In this document: positions 58,340 through 64,000 of the stretch, in pieces
How the letters are laid out: each line of letters opens with the position of its first letter
Numbering within the stretch: position 1 is the stretch's first letter
Assembly: GCA_033764015.1 (NCBI GenBank)
Contig: JANRJK010000046.1
Span: 128,001-192,000 of the forward strand
DNA: 64,000 bases
Direction of reading: 5' to 3'
Source: Candidatus Sumerlaeia bacterium
GTDB taxonomy: Bacteria; Sumerlaeota; Sumerlaeia; SLMS01; JANRJK01
Notes under the pieces: generated by a model
Databases searched by the model: none
Told to the model about the DNA's origin: nothing
The model's input: the letters and a program-made list of their open reading frames with translations, nothing else
Position numbers and translations under genes: made by a program

Positions 58340-59476
58340 CTATCGGGTTCTGCCAAGTAATGCGTCCAAATTGGGGCCGAAGTCAAGAACGTCCGAAACG
58401 TCAAGGATTGCGTCACAATTGATGTCCAGAAGTCCGTTGCAGGAAGAAAAGGAACAGAAGTTGGAGAAGCATTCTGGCGGGGCCACGGCAGGAACTCCTA
58501 CGGTGTCATCTGCCGATAGAGTCGTGAATAACTCTACTCGAACATTCGCCAACCAGCCGAAGGAACCAGTTGGGATGGGCGTGCGAGGATCGTTAGACTC
58601 AATTCCAATCTGAAGAGACTGGGTCAAGCCTGTTCCCGTTGAAAATCCGTTAATGTCTCGCGCCAAGCCTTTCATGTCAGCATCCAAGGTCAAGGGAACA
58701 CAGTAGGCGTCTCCAGGACAGATCACTCTTCCCTCTGGAAACTCGACCTCATTAATCTTGTAAGGCAGAGGGTAGTTTCGCGGATAGACGCGATAGACGA
58801 CCAAGGGAGCCGTGCCCACGTTTTCAATCGTGATGGGATAGATCCAGCTTTCCTTTCCATCTAGGCTAAGCTTACCGCGCGTGAACACAAACTGATCCGT
58901 GTCAGAGAACTCGCTCGACACACGAATTTGCGGCGCCGGATCGCCCTCATTGGCCACCGGGGTCGGGGTGGGTGTCGCTACGATGCCAGATCGAGGTCTA
59001 ACTACAATCGCAGGACCGCAGGGGCAGAAAGCTCCTGCAAGGGCTTCAGAGCCAATTACGTCATACACCCCAGATAGGTCCGTAAGGACGTAGATGAAAG
59101 AGTTTGATGTGGAAAAGTATGGAGAGAACGCGCCGCCAATCAGACCATCACCTTCGAAAGTCTCAACTCCTCGAAGCCTCATTTCAAGCGGTCGAACTAG
59201 TCCGGGGACATCCCCGATGTCGAAGCGGATACAGTCTCCGACGGTGTATTCTGACCAAGAAGGTGGAAAGGCGAAGTAACAAGGATAAGTCTGTTGGCAT
59301 GGCGTCGCCTGCGGCCCAGGCGTGGGTGTGGGGTCGCACCTCGCGTAGAGGTCGTCTTGCCGGGTGTCATGGGGAGGCTGAGCGAGGCCGAGCGCGCCAA
59401 GAAACGCGGCGATGCGGTGGCCCGCGTTCGGCGGGCGGGGGCTGGGGGAACCGGCGAGCTTGAAGGTATAGCGCAT
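58340..59476 (-). CDS. Cys-rich exported protein with PT linkers, an ASH-like Ig domain and a dockerin/EF-hand-like tail
   Basis: PTPTP linkers; ITIENVGTAPL...IESNDP; LDINCDAILDVSD; low GC. Confidence 0.68.
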   Translation of the reverse strand: MRYTFKLAGSPSPRPPNAGHRIAAFLGALGLAQPPHDTRQDDLYARCDPTPTPGPQATPCQQTYPCYFAFPPSWSEYTVGDCIRFDIGDVPGLVRPLEMRLRGVETFEGDGLIGGAFSPYFSTSNSFIYVLTDLSGVYDVIGSEALAGAFCPCGPAIVVRPRSGIVATPTPTPVANEGDPAPQIRVSSEFSDTDQFVFTRGKLSLDGKESWIYPITIENVGTAPLVVYRVYPRNYPLPYKINEVEFPEGRVICPGDAYCVPLTLDADMKGLARDINGFSTGTGLTQSLQIGIESNDPRTPIPTGSFGWLANVRVELFTTLSADDTVGVPAVAPPECFSNFCSFSSCNGLLDINCDAILDVSDVLDFGPNLDALLGRTR

Positions 59477-59574
59477 GGTCTTGGTGCTCCCGAGATGATC
59501 AGTAGGTTAGGGTCATACAGGACATGGGGGCAATCAAAATCGATCTGTATTGAGTCATTATTCGAAGATGTCGT

Positions 59575-60896
59575 GGAACCTCTGATCTGCCTCTTCCCCT
59601 GCGTTGCAGCCCGTTGCGCGGCAAGCTGCGAGGTATTGGAGGTTGCTTTCAAGCAACTTTGCCGGAGTTCTGGGCTGGCTCAGGATTGGTTGTACCGGTT
59701 CGGCGCGGTAGTTTTCCTCTGATCTGGCCGGTTACGCACACTTCTGCCTGAGCGTGAGGTACTTGAGCGCGTTGTGCACGGTGACGGCGATTTGGACTTG
59801 TTGGGTGACGCGCTCGATGCCGGTGTAGATGGCGCGGGGGAGTCGGCGCCAGCGCTTGAGGCTGGCGAAGACGCCTTCGGATGGCGCGCGGAGCCGCGCC
59901 AGCTTTTGATTTCGTGCGACTTCGATGCGGCCCATGAGCGAGTCCGGGTCGATGAAGAGGCGGCGCATGATGCCGTCGCGGGCGCCGCGTGCGGCCAGCG
60001 CCGCGCGGTTCGCGGCCGAGTCGTAGCCCTTGTCGGCCAGCACGGCGGCCTCTTGCTCCTCGAGCAGTTCCGCGAAGACCGACGTGTCGGCCACGTTCGC
60101 GGGCGTTACGCGGAAGTCTGATATCACGCCACTTGCCGCGTCGATTGCCGTGTGCATCTTGTAGGCGAAGCGGAGCCTCCCCTTCTTGCCGCCAAAGCGG
60201 GCGTCTGGATCGAGGCGGCTTCGGCGAGGGGGCGCCTCTTGCGCGGCGGACGGGCCGTCGGAGGCGCGCGCCACTGGTTCCGACGGGGCCTCCGGGGACG
60301 GTGAGGATGCGGATGTATCATCTGTATTATCAGTCTTCGAGGTTCCCTTCGGCGGGCGCGTGGCGGCGGGTACCAGCGTCGCATCGACCACCTTGACGGA
60401 GCCGGGTTGGATGCGGAGCCGGTGCGCGGCGAGCCGGCGTTCGACCTCGTGGCGGGCCTTCTCGAGGAGGGCGCCCGGGCGGACTCGCGCGCGGAACCGC
60501 ACCAGCGTCGTGTCGTCCGGCGGCGCCTCGGCCACGCCGAGGCCGAGGAAGCGGCGGAACGAGATGCGGTCGCCCGCCTCGCGCGACGCCTGGACGTCGG
60601 AGAGCGCGTATAACTCCTCTAGTAGCAGCATTTTGTATAGTACCACGGGGTCGAACCCGGCCTGCCCGCGGCCGGACGAATCGTATGTGGCGGCGAAGAT
60701 CGTGCGGACCGGCGCCCAATCGATGAGCGAGTCGAGTTCCGCGAGCGTCGCGTTGGCCGGAGCCCCGGCGATCACCGCGTCGAAAGCGTCGGGTGCTGCG
60801 TTGGACTGCGTCCGAAAGGCCATGAAAAGGCTCCTAAGTGGCTGACAGGGCTCCACTTAGCAAGAATCAGGGCAGGTGGGAATGCGCAGAGGTTCC
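59575..60896 (-). mobile_element. IS5 family insertion sequence
   Basis: 10-bp perfect terminal inverted repeats GGAACCTCTG (59575-59584 and 60887-60896) enclosing the transposase; no target duplication seen. Confidence 0.75.
59732..60823 (-). CDS. IS5 family transposase
   Basis: LIDW, DRISFRRFLG, PDDTTL.RFR, VDATLV, DPDARF, YKMH..ID, TPANVAD, ADKGY. Confidence 0.93.
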   Translation of the reverse strand: MAFRTQSNAAPDAFDAVIAGAPANATLAELDSLIDWAPVRTIFAATYDSSGRGQAGFDPVVLYKMLLLEELYALSDVQASREAGDRISFRRFLGLGVAEAPPDDTTLVRFRARVRPGALLEKARHEVERRLAAHRLRIQPGSVKVVDATLVPAATRPPKGTSKTDNTDDTSASSPSPEAPSEPVARASDGPSAAQEAPPRRSRLDPDARFGGKKGRLRFAYKMHTAIDAASGVISDFRVTPANVADTSVFAELLEEQEAAVLADKGYDSAANRAALAARGARDGIMRRLFIDPDSLMGRIEVARNQKLARLRAPSEGVFASLKRWRRLPRAIYTGIERVTQQVQIAVTVHNALKYLTLRQKCA

Positions 60897-61280
60897 CCTT
60901 CACAACAATACTGTATGCCAAAAATGCAAACAGTACTCTGCCACTGAAGGAAAACCACACCCAAAGATTCCAGCGCAACTCAAAAACAGCCTGACGATGA
61001 TAAAAATACATCAACGCCGCTACAAGTGAGAGGTACTAACATGCACTACTTGCAACCGGAAGCAGGCTTCGGCTCATGATCATGCATCTTGACTCACTAG
61101 TTGTGTTGGTTCCGGGCCCGAGCGTCAGGTGTTCCGTCGTCATCGCGTTCGGGCAGCGCACGTCGTCGGCTTCCTCCGTGGCGGCGAAGGAAGCGCGCCG
61201 GGAGGGGTTTCGGCAACGGGAATCGCAGGTGCCTCACTCCCTGCTTGACGTTCTAGCCGTTGGCGCGGCCAGTCGCGGTG

Positions 61281-62264
61281 ATGGAGCTTCGTCCCGTGCC
61301 GACCCGCCTGCGCCGCCTGCTGCCGATCCTGGCCGCGGCGATGCTGCTTGCCGGGGTGGCGGAGGCGGGATTCTACGACCGCGTGCGGCAGGGCGAATCG
61401 TTGGCCGACTTCGCGCGCCGGCACCGCGTCACCACGCAGTCCGTCGCGGGGGCGAACCGGTTGGCGGCGAACGCGCGGCCCTCGCCGGGGACGCTGCTCT
61501 ACGTGCCGAAGATCGACAGTTCGCGCGGCCGCCCGGCGGGATCCGCCTCCGCGCCGGCGCCGCGTCCAGCGGCCCGTCCCGCGGCGCCCGCCGCCTCGCC
61601 GGCGCCGGCGCGCAACGAGTACACCGTACGCTCCGGCGACACGCTGTCGGGCATCGCGGCCCGCCTCGGGCGCAGCACCAAGGACCTTGCGGAGTTCAAC
61701 GGCATCTCGAATCCGAACTCGTTGAAGGTGGGCCAGCGGCTCGAGGTCCCGCCGGAGGGTTGGCGCGCGGCGGAGCCGGAGCCGGCGCCGCGGGCGGAGC
61801 GACGCGAGGAGCCGCCCGCGCCCTCCGCGCGGAACGAAACGCGCTCCGGGGGCGGGGGCAACGCGCCCCCCGCGTCGTCGCCGTCCGCGCGCCGCGGGCG
61901 CTTCATCTGGCCCCTCGAGGGGCGCGTGGTGCGCCGCTTCCGCGACACGGCGACGGAGAAGCAGCTCGGCCTGAACATCGCCGCGCCGGTGGGGACGCCC
62001 GTCCGCGCCGCCCGCGACGGCCGCGTGATCTACTCGAGCGACGCTATCGACGCCTACGGCCATATGGTGATCGTGCAGCACGACGACGGCGTGGCGACGT
62101 GCTACGCGCACACGCAGGGGGCGCTGGTGCGCGAGGGCCAGCAGGTGCGCCAGGGCGAAATCATCGCGCGCGTCGGCAACACCGGCCGCGGCCTCGAGCC
62201 GTTCCTCCACTTCGAAGTGCGCCGCAACGGCGCCGCCGTGAATCCCGAGCAGTACCTGCCCTGA
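61281..62264 (+). CDS. LysM x2 + M23 domain protein (NlpD-like)
   Basis: YTVRSGDTLSGIA..., FIWPL.G, YAH, LHFEVR; the HxxxD motif is replaced by QLGLN. Confidence 0.9.
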   Translation: MELRPVPTRLRRLLPILAAAMLLAGVAEAGFYDRVRQGESLADFARRHRVTTQSVAGANRLAANARPSPGTLLYVPKIDSSRGRPAGSASAPAPRPAARPAAPAASPAPARNEYTVRSGDTLSGIAARLGRSTKDLAEFNGISNPNSLKVGQRLEVPPEGWRAAEPEPAPRAERREEPPAPSARNETRSGGGGNAPPASSPSARRGRFIWPLEGRVVRRFRDTATEKQLGLNIAAPVGTPVRAARDGRVIYSSDAIDAYGHMVIVQHDDGVATCYAHTQGALVREGQQVRQGEIIARVGNTGRGLEPFLHFEVRRNGAAVNPEQYLP

Positions 62265-62308
62265 CCGGGGCCCTTGCCCCGCGGCGCGGCGCCGCCAGAC
62301 TTCGCCGC

Positions 62309-63610
62309 ATGTCCCGGAAACCCGCCGCCCCCGCTTCCCCCGCCACCCGCACCGCCGCCGTCGTCGGCCTCGGCTACGTCGGCCTCCCGCTGCTGGTCGA
62401 ACTCGCCGAATCCGGCTACCATGCGATCGGGATCGACCTCGACCCCTCGAAGGTCGGGGCCGTCCGCGGCGGGCGCAGCTACATCCCGGACGTGGCGGAG
62501 GAGCGTGTCGCGAAGCTCCGCGCCGCCGGACGCATCGACGCCGCGACGCGTTTCGAGCGCCTCGCGGAGGCCGACGCGGTGTCGATCTGCGTGCCGACGC
62601 CGCTCGGCAAGAGCCGCGAGCCGGACCTCTCCTACATCATCTCCGCGGTCGATTCGATCCGGCCGCACCTGCGCGCGGGCGCCGTGGTGGTGCTCGAATC
62701 GACCACGTATCCGGGGACGACGGAGGAGCTGGTGCTGCCGAAGCTTTCGGACGGCGGGCGCGAGGCGGGTCGCGACTTCTTCCTCGCGTTCAGCCCCGAG
62801 CGCGTCGATCCGGGCAACAAGCGCTTCCACACGCGCAACACGCCGAAGGTGCTCGGCGGCGTGACGCCGGCGTGCACGGAGGCCGCGCGGGAGTACTACG
62901 CGCCGGTCTTCGACCAGCTCGTGCTGGTCAGCTCGCCCCGCGCCGCCGAGATGGTGAAGCTGCTCGAGAACACCTTCCGCGCCGTGAACATCGGCCTGGT
63001 GAACGAAGTGGCGATCATGTGCGAGCGGCTCGGACTCGATGTGTGGGAGGTGATCGGCGCGGCGGCGACCAAGCCCTTCGGCTTCATGCCGTTCCAGCCC
63101 GGCCCCGGCCTCGGCGGCCACTGCATCCCCGTCGATCCGCTCTACCTCTCGTGGAAGCTGCGCACGCTCAACTACACCGCGCGCTTCATCGACCTGGCGT
63201 CGGAAGTGAACACCGGGATGCCGAGCTACGTGGTGCAGCGCCTGGTGCTCGCGCTCAACGAGCGGCGCAAGCCGGTGAAGGGCGCGAAGGTGCTGCTGCT
63301 CGGGGTCTCCTACAAGCGCGACGTGGGCGACGTGCGCGAGTCCCCCGCGCTCGATATCATCGAGCAGCTCCAGCGCCTCGGCGCGAAGGTCTCCTTCCAC
63401 GACCCGTTCGTGCCGAGGCTCGCCGAGGGGCACCTCGACCTCGCGTCACGGCCGCTCACGGACGCCGCGCTGAAGGGGAGCGACGCGGTCGTGGTGGTGG
63501 CGGACCACAGCGCCATCGACTACGCGCGCGTGGCTCGGCTGGCGCCCTACGTGTTCGACACGCGCAACGCCACGCGCGGGCTGAAGCGGGCAAACATCGA
63601 GCGCTTGTAA
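62309..63610 (+). CDS. UDP-N-acetyl-hexosamine dehydrogenase (WbpA/WecC family)
   Basis: GLGYVGLP, ICVPTP, LESTTYPGTT, FSPER.DPG, KLLENTFRAVNI, GGHCIPVDP, DVRESP. Confidence 0.95.
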   Translation: MSRKPAAPASPATRTAAVVGLGYVGLPLLVELAESGYHAIGIDLDPSKVGAVRGGRSYIPDVAEERVAKLRAAGRIDAATRFERLAEADAVSICVPTPLGKSREPDLSYIISAVDSIRPHLRAGAVVVLESTTYPGTTEELVLPKLSDGGREAGRDFFLAFSPERVDPGNKRFHTRNTPKVLGGVTPACTEAAREYYAPVFDQLVLVSSPRAAEMVKLLENTFRAVNIGLVNEVAIMCERLGLDVWEVIGAAATKPFGFMPFQPGPGLGGHCIPVDPLYLSWKLRTLNYTARFIDLASEVNTGMPSYVVQRLVLALNERRKPVKGAKVLLLGVSYKRDVGDVRESPALDIIEQLQRLGAKVSFHDPFVPRLAEGHLDLASRPLTDAALKGSDAVVVVADHSAIDYARVARLAPYVFDTRNATRGLKRANIERL

Positions 63611-63619
63611 GTTGAGGGC

Positions 63620-64000
63620 TCAACCATCCGGCCGGCGCGGGCCCCTCGCGAGCCACACCGCCGCCGCCGCCGCGGACACCGCCACGGCGCCGCGCGCGAC
63701 CGTCCCCGCCGCGGCGAAGCCGCTCCAGGCCGCGGCGTTCCATAGCCAGTGCAGCGCTGCCGCCGCCGCCAGCGCGCCCGCCAGCCGCGCACCCGCCCGC
63801 GGCCCGGCGAGGGACGCCCCCGCGCCCGTCGCCAGCGCGTGCATCGGAACGACGCAGAGCGCGCGTTCGAACGCCTGCGCGCCGCCCCCCGCTCCCGCGA
63901 AGAGCGACTGCGTGGCGAACCACGCCAGCTCCGCGGCGCCGAAGCCGACTCCCGCCATGGCTCCGAGCACGAAGCGGCGCCTTGCGCTCGCGGCCCCGCC
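63620..64000 (-). CDS. PrsW family intramembrane protease, 5'-partial
   Basis: GVGFGAAE, PMHA..TG, LHWLWN; runs off the window edge. Confidence 0.75.
   Translation of the reverse strand, partial: GGAASARRRFVLGAMAGVGFGAAELAWFATQSLFAGAGGGAQAFERALCVVPMHALATGAGASLAGPRAGARLAGALAAAAALHWLWNAAAWSGFAAAGTVARGAVAVSAAAAAVWLARGPRRPDG

Noticed and set aside
60772..61029. Short ORFs in the AT-rich stretch right of the IS5
   Set aside because: They cross the IS boundary and have no recognisable motifs
61860..62264. Degenerate zinc site in the M23 domain as a novelty
   Set aside because: Loss of HxxxD is already known for NlpD/EnvC-type amidase activators

Overview
High-GC (about 70% by eye) bacterial chromosome segment. 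The lineage is probably a diderm such as Candidatus Sumerlaeota/BRC1; this is inferred from recalled protein styles, not from a search. The housekeeping backbone carries tRNA-Ser, infC-rpmI-rplT with an L20-type attenuator leader and an ATT start, ylxM-ffh-rpsP, argC/lysY, mqnC, apgM, rsmG, glgE, an NlpD-like protein, a nucleotide-sugar dehydrogenase, ABC transporters and glycosyltransferases. It is interrupted by many lower-GC islets of exported hypothetical proteins, a type II restriction-modification pair, an ABC-type ATPase + PIN pair between PARG and integrase remnants, an IS630 and an IS5. The best leads are: (1) a shared C-terminal V-D-x-W-x-L motif on two unrelated exported proteins, a candidate sorting signal; (2) a 14-blade beta-propeller gene whose variable core has foreign codon usage inside host-like ends; (3) a candidate ATPase+PIN defence module; (4) a DUF1611-like P-loop gene translationally coupled to argC; (5) three cassettes pairing a Cys-rich secreted protein with a partner. 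All family calls come from motif recognition by eye; no database searches were run.
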